64,000 bases of DNA, from positions 256,001-320,000 of the forward strand of contig CAWAGQ010000003.1 in assembly GCA_963781585.1 (NCBI GenBank), in the 5' to 3' direction. A program made the translations under genes and the position numbers. Under the pieces are notes generated by a model. The model had not been told where the DNA came from and did no database searches. It worked only from the letters and a program-made list of their open reading frames with translations. This document shows positions 8,912 to 19,269 of this stretch, piece after piece (within the stretch, counting starts at the first letter, position 1; every line of letters begins with the position of its first letter). This DNA is from an uncultured Gemmatimonadaceae bacterium. Lineage in GTDB: Bacteria; Gemmatimonadota; Gemmatimonadetes; Gemmatimonadales; Gemmatimonadaceae.

Positions 8912-10026
8912 GGCTTGTCTGCCGTCCAGGAACTCGGGCGGTTGCGCTCCGGCACCGGTGGCCAGCGTTTGACTCCCACTTCGGCGAACGCCTCGGTGGT
9001 GGGATCACGGAGAGGTGGACCAACCAGGTGCTGGAGAAACAGACCAACGCCGAAGGAGATGCCGCTCAGCAGATAGTACAGCAGATGCATCGGCATCGCC
9101 CGCACCGCAAACCATGGTCCACGCACCCGGATGAAGAATCGCCAGAGTGGGGCGTTGGTGGCGATCACCACCGCGAGGGCGAGCAGCGCCAGCACAGCGA
9201 ACGCCCTCTGGTGAAACGCTACTCCGAGAACGACGAGAAGCGGCGCCAGCCACACGAGCATCGTGTTCAACTTCTCGGTCCAGTGCAGATTGAGCGTACT
9301 CGTGGACAGGACAACGCCGCGATGCGCCAGCAACCGCGCCCACGGGATTCCTCTATCGACGATGTCGGTGCGCACGATGTCGCGGAGTCGCCACCGTTTC
9401 AGGTGCGTGACCTGGATGTCGGGAGAAAGGAGGATGCGGCCGCCGCCGGCGCGAAGTCGCGCGCCGAGTTCGATGTCCTCGATTTGCGGGCGGGCGTAGT
9501 GCCATTCGTCGAACATCCCGGCTTTGACGAACGCATCGCGGCGCACCGCGCCGGCGCCGGCCCAGAAGGTCTCCACCTCGCCAGCGTTTCTGACGTGGAC
9601 ATAGTGATGAATCAGGTTCTGGTATTGCGACGCGAGCCCGGGAGCCGGTGGATCGTCATCATACGCGCCGAACGCCGCCACGATGGCCGGATCCGCCTCC
9701 AGAATCTCCGCCATGCGTCGCAGCGACTCGGGATGCGCCACCACGTCACTGTCGAAGAACGCGATCACGTTCCCGCGCGTCACCTCCACACCGCGATTGC
9801 GGGCATAGGCTGGTCCGTGCGGTCGGCCCGGGAGTCGCACGATGTTGTCGGCGTATCGCGACGCCGCCTCCGCCGTCTCATCGGAACTGCCATCATCCAC
9901 CACGATCAATTCCCAGAGATGCCGAGGGAAGTCGCTCTCGAGCAGTGCTTCGAGCGACTTCGGCAGGGTCAACTCGGCGTTGTGCGCCGGCACCACGACC
10001 GACACGAACAGGCGCGACTCCGTCAT
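8908..10026 (-). CDS. Glycosyltransferase family 2 with C-terminal TM helices
   Basis: VSVVVPAHN, VVDDGSSD, ARNRG, FFDSD, IEDIELG. Confidence 0.92.
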   Translation of the reverse strand: MTESRLFVSVVVPAHNAELTLPKSLEALLESDFPRHLWELIVVDDGSSDETAEAASRYADNIVRLPGRPHGPAYARNRGVEVTRGNVIAFFDSDVVAHPESLRRMAEILEADPAIVAAFGAYDDDPPAPGLASQYQNLIHHYVHVRNAGEVETFWAGAGAVRRDAFVKAGMFDEWHYARPQIEDIELGARLRAGGGRILLSPDIQVTHLKRWRLRDIVRTDIVDRGIPWARLLAHRGVVLSTSTLNLHWTEKLNTMLVWLAPLLVVLGVAFHQRAFAVLALLALAVVIATNAPLWRFFIRVRGPWFAVRAMPMHLLYYLLSGISFGVGLFLQHLVGPPLRDPTTEAFAEVGVKRWPPVPERNRPSSWTADKP

Positions 10027-10772
10027 GGACGCACTCCTACTCTGGCCGCGAGGTGTCGTACGCGACGACCCTGCGCCCGCAACCAGACGCGGCGCCGGAA
10101 GATCGTGGAGCCCCATGCCTCAAGCTGACCAGCGCCCCGGAAATAGTACACGTCCAATCGTGGGAGGACGGCCGCGTCATCGGCGGTGCGCAGGAAGCGC
10201 AATTCGGTCGTACAGCCCGCCGAATAGTTGGATCGCACCGCCTGCACGGCGTCGGCGCTGACCGCTCCGAATGGATAGGCGAAGATGTCGGGACGCATGC
10301 CCAGGGCCGACGAGAGTCGATCAGCGCTTCCGGCGATTTCGTCCTGCAATTCCTGACCGGCGATCCGCGTCAGGTCGCAATGGCTGCGGGTGTGGGAGCC
10401 AATCGCGATCCCCGCTTCACGAACGCTTCCGATGGCATCCCACCCCATGAGCGGGAGTTCGGGCACGCCATTCTCGCCCGGACGACCCCACGAGTTGGTC
10501 CCGCCGACACGATCGGTCACAACGAAAACTGTGGCAGGGAGGTCATGATCGCGCAGCAGCGGCGCGGCAACCGTCGCGACATTCAGGTAACCGTCGTCGA
10601 AAGTGAGGGCGACCGCATCTTCAGAGTCCTCTGCCAGCAGGAGTTCGTCGAGCGACAAGACCCGGACCCGGCCCGATCCCAGAAAGCGCACATGCGCGCG
10701 AAACGTCGTCGGATCTACGGAGATCGGAGATCCGCTGGAGTCGATCGAGTGGTACGTCAGAATCGCGCGCAA
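10023..10772 (-). CDS. Polysaccharide deacetylase (NodB/CE4)
   Basis: ILTYH, LTFDDGY, GSHTRSH, FAYPFG. Confidence 0.92.
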   Translation of the reverse strand: MRAILTYHSIDSSGSPISVDPTTFRAHVRFLGSGRVRVLSLDELLLAEDSEDAVALTFDDGYLNVATVAAPLLRDHDLPATVFVVTDRVGGTNSWGRPGENGVPELPLMGWDAIGSVREAGIAIGSHTRSHCDLTRIAGQELQDEIAGSADRLSSALGMRPDIFAYPFGAVSADAVQAVRSNYSAGCTTELRFLRTADDAAVLPRLDVYYFRGAGQLEAWGSTIFRRRVWLRAQGRRVRHLAARVGVRP

Positions 10773-10784
10773 TCGGCCACCCCC

Positions 10785-11954
10785 CTATGCCGCTTCGTGG
10801 ATGGCCGCCAGCGCCTCGCGCGCCGCGGCTTGCCAGGTGAGCAGCGACGCGCGTTCACGGGCGGCCTCACCGAGCTCCCGTCGGCGTTCTTCGTCACAGA
10901 GCAGCGACCGCATGGCGGACGCCACGGGCTCCACCCGACCAGGCGGTACGAACACGCCACCGCCCTCCAGCAACTCCGGCAAGGGACTCTCCGTGGTGGC
11001 AATGACCGGCGTTCCACAGGCTGCGGCCTCGACCGCCGGCAAGCCAAACCCCTCCCGCTCGGAAGGTAGCAGCAACGCCACGGCGCCGCTCAACAGGTGC
11101 CGTAGTTCGTCATCGGGCACGAAACCCGTCCAGTGCACCAGAGCGTCGGTGCCGGCAGTCGCAATCAGCTTCACGAGGCGCGCGCGTTCGGCGAAGAACG
11201 GATCGTCGTCCATCGCACCCACCAGGAGGAGATGCGGAGCGGGGCGCAGGTCGCGCGCCAGCGCGGCGTGGGCCTCGAGAATTACATCGACGCGCTTGTG
11301 CGGATTGAATCCGCCAACATAGGCGAACCACCGGGCGCCCGGCGGGAGATCGGCGCGCAACGCAGCGGCGGCCACGTCAGCCGGTTGGCTCGGATAGTAG
11401 GCAGCGGCTGGCGCCTCGAGCGCGACACGAATCCGGTCGCGCGACACGCCCAGCACCCGCACGATCTGACGCGCCGAGTACTCCGAGACCGTCAGCACAC
11501 TGCGCGCCTGGCGAAGCGCGGTCCACACCTTGAGCCGCCAGAAGATCCGCGCGCGTCTGGTCGGAAGGGTGAGCTCCGGGTACTCATCGGCGATCGTGTC
11601 GTGGACCGTCACCACACTGGGCAATCCGGGGGGCAGAGGAAAGTACGAGTACACCGACGGCCAGAAGAACACGTCGGGCGCGACCGCGGCGACGGACCGG
11701 GAGAGCCTCAACATGTCCCGGATCGAGCGTCGGCCGTCCGCCCGGGCCGCGAGGGTAGGTGATTGTCCCAGTGCCACCTCCACCAGACGCATGTTGTCGG
11801 CCCGATACGTCGAGGCCTCGAAGGCGCGGCGGTCGCCAACGCACACGAACTCGTCGTCCGGCGCAAGCGGCGCCATCGCGCGCATCAGCTGGCGCGCGAA
11901 CCGTCCATAGCCGCGCGCGTTCGCCCAGCACGTCGCGTCGACGCCAATGCGCAA
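10785..11954 (-). CDS. Glycosyltransferase family 4
   Basis: MRIGVDA, TVHD, PSEREGFGLPAVEAAACGTPVI. Confidence 0.92.
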   Translation of the reverse strand: MRIGVDATCWANARGYGRFARQLMRAMAPLAPDDEFVCVGDRRAFEASTYRADNMRLVEVALGQSPTLAARADGRRSIRDMLRLSRSVAAVAPDVFFWPSVYSYFPLPPGLPSVVTVHDTIADEYPELTLPTRRARIFWRLKVWTALRQARSVLTVSEYSARQIVRVLGVSRDRIRVALEAPAAAYYPSQPADVAAAALRADLPPGARWFAYVGGFNPHKRVDVILEAHAALARDLRPAPHLLLVGAMDDDPFFAERARLVKLIATAGTDALVHWTGFVPDDELRHLLSGAVALLLPSEREGFGLPAVEAAACGTPVIATTESPLPELLEGGGVFVPPGRVEPVASAMRSLLCDEERRRELGEAARERASLLTWQAAAREALAAIHEAA

Positions 11955-11961
11955 CCGGCCC

Positions 11962-13473
11962 TCACGCGCCTACGGAAGCACGCACCCGGTCGGTCTTCTC
12001 GGCGTTCTCGACCTCGGTGCCTTTCTCTTCCAGCCGCTGTTCCTCATGGTACTCGAAGTCCGTGTTGACGGCCCACACGTCGTGCGACGCCCCCAACATG
12101 TTGGCTACCGTCATCATCGCCGTGAACATCGAGTGGTCCTGGTTGTTGTACTTGTGCATGCCGTTTCGACCCACCGTGTGCAGGTTCGCAATTGGGTCGA
12201 TGTGCGACCGCACCGTCGCGAGGTGGGCACCGTATGCCGAGTCGTAGACGGGATAGGCTTTCGGCATGCGTACCACGCATCCGTCGAACACCCGTGTAGC
12301 GTCGGCAAGCCCCAATTCCGCCAGTTCCCTGCCGGCCAGCGCCACGAGGTCCTCGTCCCGGCTGGTCCACAGCCCGTCGCCCTCGAAGCAGAAGTACTCG
12401 AGGCCCAGACACGTCTTTCCGGGGTCGGGGACCATCGCCCGGCTCCAGTTGTTGAAGTTCTGAATCCGGCCGACCTTCACTCCCGGCGTGTGGATGTAGA
12501 TCCAGTTGTCTGGAAAGACGGTTTCCTGATCGAGCATCAGGGCCACGGTGAGAAAATCACGATAGTTGAGTCCCGCTCCAGCGTCGATGATGTGTTGCGG
12601 CGCGGCCGGCTCGAGCGACCGCACGAGGTGTCGCAGCGGCATGGTGGAGATGACATGCGCCGCGGCAATTCGTCGTTCGCCCTTGGGCGAGCGGGTCCAC
12701 GCCGCGACCGCGCGACCATCCCGAATCTCCAGCCGGGTGACCTCGTGGCCGAGCAAGACCTCGCCTCCCATCTCCACGATGCGCTTCGTTGCCATCTCCC
12801 ACATCTGACCGGGTCCCAGTCGCGGATACTGGAATTCGTTGATGAGCGTCTTGATCCCGGCGGAACGCTTCTGCAGCGATGCGGCGTTGAGAATCGCTTT
12901 CGCCAGCGAGAGGCCCTGAATCCGCTGCGCCGCCCACTCGGCGCGGATCTCCGTGCAGGGTATCCCCCAGACTTTTTCCGTATAGGTCTTGAAGAAGATG
13001 CGATAGAGGCGCTTGCCGAAGCGGTTGGAGACCCACTGCTCGAGGTTGTCCTCGACCGGGTACGGCCTGACATGCGACCAGGCATAGCTCAGCACGATCA
13101 TCATCGCATTCCAGAGTCCCAATCCCCGTAACGCATTCCCCGCCTTCAGCGGATAGTCGAAGAACTTTCCACCGTAGTGAATGCGCGACAGCCGCGGCAC
13201 ACTGATGAACTGATCGCCGAGTATCTCTCTCCACAGCGCGTCGACCGGCTCGATCTTCGTGAAGAACCGGTGTCCACCGATGTCGAAGCGATACCCCCGG
13301 TACTGTGCCGTACGGGAGATTCCGCCGACCACGCTGTCGGCCTCCAGGACTGTGACGCGGGTCCCGCGCTTGGCGAGCAGGTACGCCGCGGTCAGGCCCG
13401 CCGGGCCCGCGCCCACAACCACAACGTGCTCTCCGGGTCGAAGCGGAGCGGCCTGCCTGTGGGCCTCAGACAT
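11962..13473 (-). CDS. FAD-dependent oxidoreductase (UDP-galactopyranose-mutase / protoporphyrinogen-oxidase-like family found in glycan loci)
   Basis: GAGPAGLTAA, FDIGGHRFF, WIYIH, GRNGMHKYNNQDHSM. Confidence 0.85.
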   Translation of the reverse strand: MSEAHRQAAPLRPGEHVVVVGAGPAGLTAAYLLAKRGTRVTVLEADSVVGGISRTAQYRGYRFDIGGHRFFTKIEPVDALWREILGDQFISVPRLSRIHYGGKFFDYPLKAGNALRGLGLWNAMMIVLSYAWSHVRPYPVEDNLEQWVSNRFGKRLYRIFFKTYTEKVWGIPCTEIRAEWAAQRIQGLSLAKAILNAASLQKRSAGIKTLINEFQYPRLGPGQMWEMATKRIVEMGGEVLLGHEVTRLEIRDGRAVAAWTRSPKGERRIAAAHVISTMPLRHLVRSLEPAAPQHIIDAGAGLNYRDFLTVALMLDQETVFPDNWIYIHTPGVKVGRIQNFNNWSRAMVPDPGKTCLGLEYFCFEGDGLWTSRDEDLVALAGRELAELGLADATRVFDGCVVRMPKAYPVYDSAYGAHLATVRSHIDPIANLHTVGRNGMHKYNNQDHSMFTAMMTVANMLGASHDVWAVNTDFEYHEEQRLEEKGTEVENAEKTDRVRASVGA

Positions 13474-13877
13474 ATTCACGCTCTCGCTGGCGCATCGTCT
13501 CGAGTGAATTCTCGGCAGTCACGTGTTGGCACCGGCCGCCGCTCAAGCGACGACTAACCCGCCGTGTCGCAACGAGATCGGTCGCGCTCTGGCCGGTCAA
13601 CTTGTCCATCAAATCCAGATTGCGCCGTCCCGCTCCGGAACCCGGGTCCCCGGCGGAATCCTGACAAAGGGATGATAAGGGCGGATCGGGACTTTCGCTC
13701 GGCGGCGACGCAGCGGCAACTCGCCAGCCGGCGGGCGGTGTCGCGCCAGGCTCGAGTCGACGAGATGTCGTTCCGGGCGGCGCCCTCTTCACGTGAGCGA
13801 GCAAGGGCGATGCAAGTGCGGCACGGAACGGAGAGGCCGCCCAGCGGGTGAACGCGCGGGTCAGCTCGCTGCTGCTG

Positions 13878-14438
13878 TCAAGCCGACGAATCGCGCGCGG
13901 AATCGCTACGCGCGAGCGAAACGTCATCTCCAAGGCCACGGAGTGCCAGCGGCGAAAACGAGACGGACCCAGTCCTCTCTCTGAAAGGCCCATCGGTGGC
14001 ACCCTCCCGCGCCGGAATCACGGTGATCGGCTCTTCCGGAGGGCTCTCTCGAACGAGCAATCGTCGATATGCAGAAAGCCACTCGACGTCACACACCGCC
14101 GTGTCATCGCGAAGGGCGATCAGATCACCCTCGGCCAGCCGCATCGCCATCGCCAGCATGTCTCGGCGCGTTGAGTCGTCACTGGCGCGGACGATGTCCA
14201 CGCGCCCGGCCTCAGAAAGGGCAAACTCCAGCGTGGACTCGGGATTGCGCCTGACGACAATTAGCTGCGCCTTCATGGCGCGCAACGTCGGTGACATGAC
14301 CCGTACTGCCCGCTCCAGCTCGTGCCGCGCGCCCTGCGAGACGAGAATCACCGAGAGCGCGGGACTGGTGCCCCTGGCTCGAGCGAAACTTGTCTCGCGG
14401 GGGTGTGCCGTTCGTTGCGCCGCGTTGGCAAGTGCCAT
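13878..14438 (-). CDS. Degenerate GT2-like protein
   Basis: LSVILVS...LIVV...AEGDLIALRDDTAVCDVEWL resembles a GT-A N-terminal half; start moved to MALANAA because the sigma-54 box overlaps the upstream ATG. Confidence 0.5.
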   Translation of the reverse strand: MALANAAQRTAHPRETSFARARGTSPALSVILVSQGARHELERAVRVMSPTLRAMKAQLIVVRRNPESTLEFALSEAGRVDIVRASDDSTRRDMLAMAMRLAEGDLIALRDDTAVCDVEWLSAYRRLLVRESPPEEPITVIPAREGATDGPFRERTGSVSFSPLALRGLGDDVSLARSDSARDSSA

Positions 14439-14560
14439 ATCGGGTCCGGGGCCGGAGAACGAATGGGAGACGATAGCCTCTGAAGCGGCTCGTGGCGACT
14501 CGCTTCGGTCCTGCCGCCAGGAGTCGACGCGCTTGACGCGCCTGAATCGCAGATCTGTCA

Positions 14561-14576
14561 TGCAAGGATGTTGCCT
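14561..14576 (-). promoter_or_regulatory. Sigma-54 -24/-12 promoter
   Basis: Minus strand AGGCAAC-ATCC-TTGCA, GG-N10-GC. Confidence 0.6.
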
Positions 14577-14965
14577 TGGTCTCTTCAGGAAGGACGAGCC
14601 CGCCTTACTTCGCCCAACTGCAGATGCCTCAACAGTTAAAGCCGCCGTCCCGCGCGCCGCCCCGGCTCGCTTAGCCGTCTGGTGGGGCGACCTGAGGCGA
14701 GCTTCCCATAAGGTGAGACCCCTCGTGTTGGGTGGATGCGACGCCTCATCCGGTCGGTTACGTTGGAGACCGGTTTCCTGAAGACCATCCGGGCTCTCAG
14801 TCGTCTAACCTGCGTGTCTTGCGCCGGTTGGAGGCCACCTCAACCTGTTGCGGGCGGTCGCGATGCGCTGTGGGAGGAGCGGCGCGCAGGGTCTGTGCGC
14901 GCTAACCCGGGCGGTCGTTCCACGTCTGCGCGACCGCGGCGCGGTCGCATCGAGCGAAGACAACT

Positions 14966-15982
14966 GTGACCGAAATTCTCCTGACCGGCGCTGCTGGATT
15001 CATCGGCTTCCACGTTGCGAGACGCCTTCTGGGAGTGGGCCATGTGGTCCACGGCGTGGACAACCTGAATGCCTACTACGACGTGGCGCTCAAAGAGGCC
15101 CGGCTGCAGCAGTTGGCGTCGGCCGAACGCTTCAGCTTCCACAAACTCGATCTGGCGGACCGGAGCGTGACGGCGGAGCTGTTCGCCGACCTGCGTCCTT
15201 CGATCGTCATTCATCTCGCGGCGCAGGCGGGAGTGCGTCATTCGCTCACGCATCCCGAGGAGTACGTCGACAGCAATCTGGTGGGGTTCGGCAACGTGCT
15301 CGAGGGTGCCCGCCAGGCGCAGGTGCAGCACCTGGCATACGCTTCTTCGAGCTCCGTGTATGGTGCCAATACGGTGGTTCCCTTCTCCGAGCATCAGGGC
15401 GTGGACCACCCGGTGAGCTTGTACGCGGCGACCAAGCGCGCGAACGAACTCATGGCGCACTCGTACAGCCACCTGTTTGCATTGCCGGTGACCGGACTGC
15501 GTTTCTTCACGGCATACGGGCCATGGGGGCGGCCGGACATGGCGGCGTTCATGTTCACCCGCGCGCTGTTCGAAGGCCGCACGATCGACGTCTATAACGA
15601 CGGGGCGATGTGGCGCGATTTCACGTACGTGGAGGATGTCGCGGAAGCGGTTGTTCGGGTGGCGCTCCGGCCACCGCAGGCCGACCACCAGTACGATGCG
15701 CAGCAGGCTGATCCCGCACACAGCAGTGCCCCCTTCCGGATCTACAACATTGGCAACTCTCAGCCGGTGCGGCTCTCGGATTTCGTGGCGATGCTCGAGC
15801 GCCTAACGGGACGCACTGCGCGGAAGCGCTCGCTTCCCATGCAGCCGGGTGACGTGCCGTACACATGCGCTGACACCGCCGATCTGGCTCGAGACGTGGG
15901 TTTCACGCCGACGACCTCGCTTGAGGAGGGACTGTCGCGCTTCGTGGCCTGGTACCGCGAGTACCATGGCCTGACAGACTGA
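14966..15982 (+). CDS. UDP-glucuronate 4-epimerase (CapI/WbnF-like SDR)
   Basis: TGAAGFIG, LAAQAGVR, YASSSSVYG, PVSLYAATK, YGPWGRPDMA, MQPGDV. Confidence 0.92.
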   Translation: MTEILLTGAAGFIGFHVARRLLGVGHVVHGVDNLNAYYDVALKEARLQQLASAERFSFHKLDLADRSVTAELFADLRPSIVIHLAAQAGVRHSLTHPEEYVDSNLVGFGNVLEGARQAQVQHLAYASSSSVYGANTVVPFSEHQGVDHPVSLYAATKRANELMAHSYSHLFALPVTGLRFFTAYGPWGRPDMAAFMFTRALFEGRTIDVYNDGAMWRDFTYVEDVAEAVVRVALRPPQADHQYDAQQADPAHSSAPFRIYNIGNSQPVRLSDFVAMLERLTGRTARKRSLPMQPGDVPYTCADTADLARDVGFTPTTSLEEGLSRFVAWYREYHGLTD

Positions 15983-16024
15983 TTCCGGGGATCTGGCGAT
16001 GAATCGCGCGGGCGGGCGGGCCAG

Positions 16025-17035
16025 ATGACGGGAACACCGGCACATGCGAACCGCGACCTCGCCTCGTATGCCGGCGTTCGAGTGCTCGTCACCGGCGCCT
16101 CGGGATTCATCGGCCGATGGATCGCGCGGGTGCTGACGCAGGCGGGGGCGGATCTCGTGCTCGGGGTTCGCGACGCCACTGCCATGCGCGGCATCGCCGA
16201 GCGCTATTCCATGAGCGGTACCGTCGCCGTCTGTGATTTCCGCAAAGCCACCGACATCATGGCGCTGGTGCGGTCCACTCGACCGCACCTCACCTTCAAC
16301 GCGGTGGGCTACGGGGTGGATTCAACCGAGCGTGACCTGGCGGAGATGGTGGCGATCAACGCCGAGGCGGTGGTGCACCTTGCGGATGCCATCGAGCAGT
16401 ACGCCGATACCGGCTGGAGCGGCGTCCGTCTCGTCCAGCTGGGGTCGGCGCTCGAATACGGGACCGCGTCGGGGAGGCTGTCCGAAGCGGAGGAAGCCGC
16501 GCCAACCACGTCCTACGGCAGGACCAAGCTGCGCGCCACGCTCGGGTTGGCAGGCCGGCGAGACCTGCGCTCGCTCACGGCGCGGCTCTTTACCGTGTAC
16601 GGGCCCGGTGAACACGCGGGAAGGCTTCTGCCGACCCTTCTCGAAATCCGGCCGCGGGGAACGCGTATTCCACTCACCGAAGGGACCCAGCTTCGGGACT
16701 TCACGTACGTGGGAGATGTGGCCGAAGGTCTTGTGCGCCTTGGGCTTTCCCACTCACCCGCTGGGATGGTGGTCAACCTGGCAACCGGACATCTGGAGAC
16801 CGTGCGCGCGTTCGCCGAGACCGCCGCCCGGGTCCTGGGCATGCCCCTTGAAGCACTCGACTTCGGCGCGATCCAGCGCCAACGCGTGGAGATGGCGCAC
16901 GACGACGTCACCATCGACCGGCTGCTTGCGTTCACTGGCTGGCGGCCTGGGACGAGCATCGAGGCCGGCATCAGCGCCACGCGCGACTTCTATCTCGAGG
17001 GAACCGCGTTGAGCCATGGCCCGGTTCGAGTCTAG
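16025..17035 (+). CDS. NAD-dependent sugar epimerase / 4-ketoreductase
   Basis: VTGASGFIG, GSALEYG, YGRTK, RDFTYV. Confidence 0.85.
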   Translation: MTGTPAHANRDLASYAGVRVLVTGASGFIGRWIARVLTQAGADLVLGVRDATAMRGIAERYSMSGTVAVCDFRKATDIMALVRSTRPHLTFNAVGYGVDSTERDLAEMVAINAEAVVHLADAIEQYADTGWSGVRLVQLGSALEYGTASGRLSEAEEAAPTTSYGRTKLRATLGLAGRRDLRSLTARLFTVYGPGEHAGRLLPTLLEIRPRGTRIPLTEGTQLRDFTYVGDVAEGLVRLGLSHSPAGMVVNLATGHLETVRAFAETAARVLGMPLEALDFGAIQRQRVEMAHDDVTIDRLLAFTGWRPGTSIEAGISATRDFYLEGTALSHGPVRV

Positions 17036-17164
17036 GATTGCGATGACACACCGACACTTCGCTCGCGGCCCGAGCGACGGTCGCGTCGCACCACTGGAAT
17101 CCGGACCATCCGCGCCACCGGCGGGAAGCGCTGGCCGCGTCGCGCACCCGAGCGGGTACCGCGC

Positions 17165-17971
17165 ATGACCGAGATCGCTGCCACGGCCCGATCCCGCGCT
17201 CCAGACCTGTCCCTCATCATGCCGTGCTATGACGAGGAGGACAACGTCGAGTACACGATTCCGAAACTCCTCGCGGCGTTCGAGCAGGCAGGACACACGC
17301 TTCAGCTGGTGACGGTCGACAATGGATCGCGCGACCGAACCGGTGCGCTGCTGCGCGAGATGGCCTCCCGCTACCCGCGGGTTCGCGTCGTGACCGTGGC
17401 GCACAACATCGGTTTCGGGCACGGCATTCTGTCGGGAATCGCGGGGTGCGAGGCCGCGTGGATCGGCATTGTCGCCGCCGACGGACAGGTGGATGCCGAA
17501 GATGTGGTGCGCCTCTTCGATGCCGCAGCGAGTTGTCGTGGACGGGTCGTTGCCAAGGCGAGGCGGCGCTTCCGCATGGATGGTCTGACGCGCAAGATCG
17601 TCTCGGTGGCGTACAACGGGTTCGTGCACCTCCTCTGGCCGCGTCTCGGATCGTGGGACGTGAACGGGACGCCGGTTCTCCTGCCGCGCGACGTGCTGCT
17701 CGCCATGCGGCTCGAATCCACGAACTGGTTCATCAACCCCGAGTTGCTGGTCAAGGCGCACTACCTGGGCGTCCGGGTGCTCGAGCTCAACGTCTTCGCG
17801 CGAATGCGCGGAAACGGGCTGTCGCACGTCCGCGCGTCCACGTGCTGGGAGTTCGTTCGCTACCTGCTCGAGTATCGTCTGCGACCGAAGCCGGCGTGGC
17901 TCAAGCTGCCCGACGAGGACGGTCGGGATGCGGATCGCGGCGACGCCAAGGTCGCGGGGATGTCGGCGTGA
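17165..17971 (+). CDS. GT2, polyprenol-phosphate-sugar synthase-like
   Basis: LIMPCYDEE, VDNGSRD, GFGHG, AADGQ. Confidence 0.85.
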   Translation: MTEIAATARSRAPDLSLIMPCYDEEDNVEYTIPKLLAAFEQAGHTLQLVTVDNGSRDRTGALLREMASRYPRVRVVTVAHNIGFGHGILSGIAGCEAAWIGIVAADGQVDAEDVVRLFDAAASCRGRVVAKARRRFRMDGLTRKIVSVAYNGFVHLLWPRLGSWDVNGTPVLLPRDVLLAMRLESTNWFINPELLVKAHYLGVRVLELNVFARMRGNGLSHVRASTCWEFVRYLLEYRLRPKPAWLKLPDEDGRDADRGDAKVAGMSA

Positions 17972-19269
17972 ACCCGGGCCCGTCTCGCCCCGAGACACTC
18001 CGATCCGGACCGGGCGCGGCGGACGCGGCCGGTCCGCTGCACACGCGCGCGTCGTGTCGTGGCTGCGGAGGTACGGTGCTAGAACGGGTTCTGGATCTGG
18101 GCCGCCAGCCGCTGGCGAACGCGTTTCTGCATTCCCCCGCCGAATTCCGCGCCGAGCCCACCTTTCCCCTCGAGCTGTTTCGATGTGACGACTGTGCGCT
18201 GGTGCAGTTGGTCCACGTGGTGGATCCCGCGATTCTCTTTCGCGACTACATCTACGTCACCGGGACGTCGGACACGATCGCGCTGCATAACGAGCGATAC
18301 GCCGCCGACGTGACCGGGCAGCTCGGGCTGACGGGCGAGGACCTGGTGGTCGAAGTGGCCAGCAACGACGGCAGCCTGCTCTCCCGGTTCGCCGCCCGCG
18401 GCATTCGCACATTGGGGGTCGAGCCGGCGCGCAACATCGCGACCGAGGCCCGGAAGCGTGGCATCGACACGGTCGAGGAGTTCTTCGACACAACGCTGGC
18501 GCTGGAGGTTCGCGACCGCTTCGGTCGCGCGCGCGCGGTCATCGGGAACAATGTGCTGGCCCATGTGGACGACACGGCCGGCTTTCTCGGCGGGATGGCC
18601 TCGCTCCTCGCGCCAGGCGGCCTGGCGATCGTCGAGGTGCCGTATCTCGGCGACATGCTCGAGCGATTGGAGTACGACACCATCTATCACGAGCACCTCT
18701 GCTATTTCTCCATCGGCGCGCTGATGCGACTTTGCGATCGCGCCGGCCTGTCGGTGCGCCGGATCGATCACCTGCCGGTGCATGGCGGTTCGATCCGGCT
18801 GTACGGAGGGCTGTCGGCCAGAGGCCAGGAGCATGACCCGGCTGTGCTCGCGATGGTCGAGGGCGAACGACGCGCCGGGCTCCTGTCGGGCGAGCGCTTC
18901 CGGCAGTTCGCGCACGACGTCGACGCCAGTCGGGACGCCCTGCTGGCCCTGCTGCACCGGCTCCGCGCAGAGGGGAAACGGGTTGCCGCATACGGAGCGC
19001 CCGCCAAGGGAAACACCCTGCTCAACTACTGCGGCATCGGGACCGATCTTGTGGCGTGCACGTTCGACAAGAGTCCTCACAAGGCGGGACGATACACACC
19101 TGGCATGCACCTGCCGGTCCTTCCCGCAGATGCGATCGCGGAGCGGTCCCCCGACTATCTCCTGCTCCTGGCCTGGAATTTCGCCGACGAGATCATGGCG
19201 CAGCAGGCAAACTTCCGAAGCCGCGGCGGCAGATTCATCATCCCGATTCCCACACCGGTGATCGTCTGA
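17968..19269 (+). CDS. NDP-hexose C-methyltransferase (Zn-binding, SAM-dependent)
   Basis: CRGCG...CDDC zinc motif, EVASNDG, NNVLAH, YDTIYHEH, YGAPAKGNTLLN, LAWNF. Confidence 0.9.
   Translation: MNPGPSRPETLRSGPGAADAAGPLHTRASCRGCGGTVLERVLDLGRQPLANAFLHSPAEFRAEPTFPLELFRCDDCALVQLVHVVDPAILFRDYIYVTGTSDTIALHNERYAADVTGQLGLTGEDLVVEVASNDGSLLSRFAARGIRTLGVEPARNIATEARKRGIDTVEEFFDTTLALEVRDRFGRARAVIGNNVLAHVDDTAGFLGGMASLLAPGGLAIVEVPYLGDMLERLEYDTIYHEHLCYFSIGALMRLCDRAGLSVRRIDHLPVHGGSIRLYGGLSARGQEHDPAVLAMVEGERRAGLLSGERFRQFAHDVDASRDALLALLHRLRAEGKRVAAYGAPAKGNTLLNYCGIGTDLVACTFDKSPHKAGRYTPGMHLPVLPADAIAERSPDYLLLLAWNFADEIMAQQANFRSRGGRFIIPIPTPVIV

Noticed and set aside
14580..14720. c-di-GMP riboswitch upstream of an EPS gene
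   Set aside because: Only loose resemblance; the GGCAAACC/GAAA/GGGACGCAAAGC elements are not properly present. An Infernal/Rfam scan would settle it
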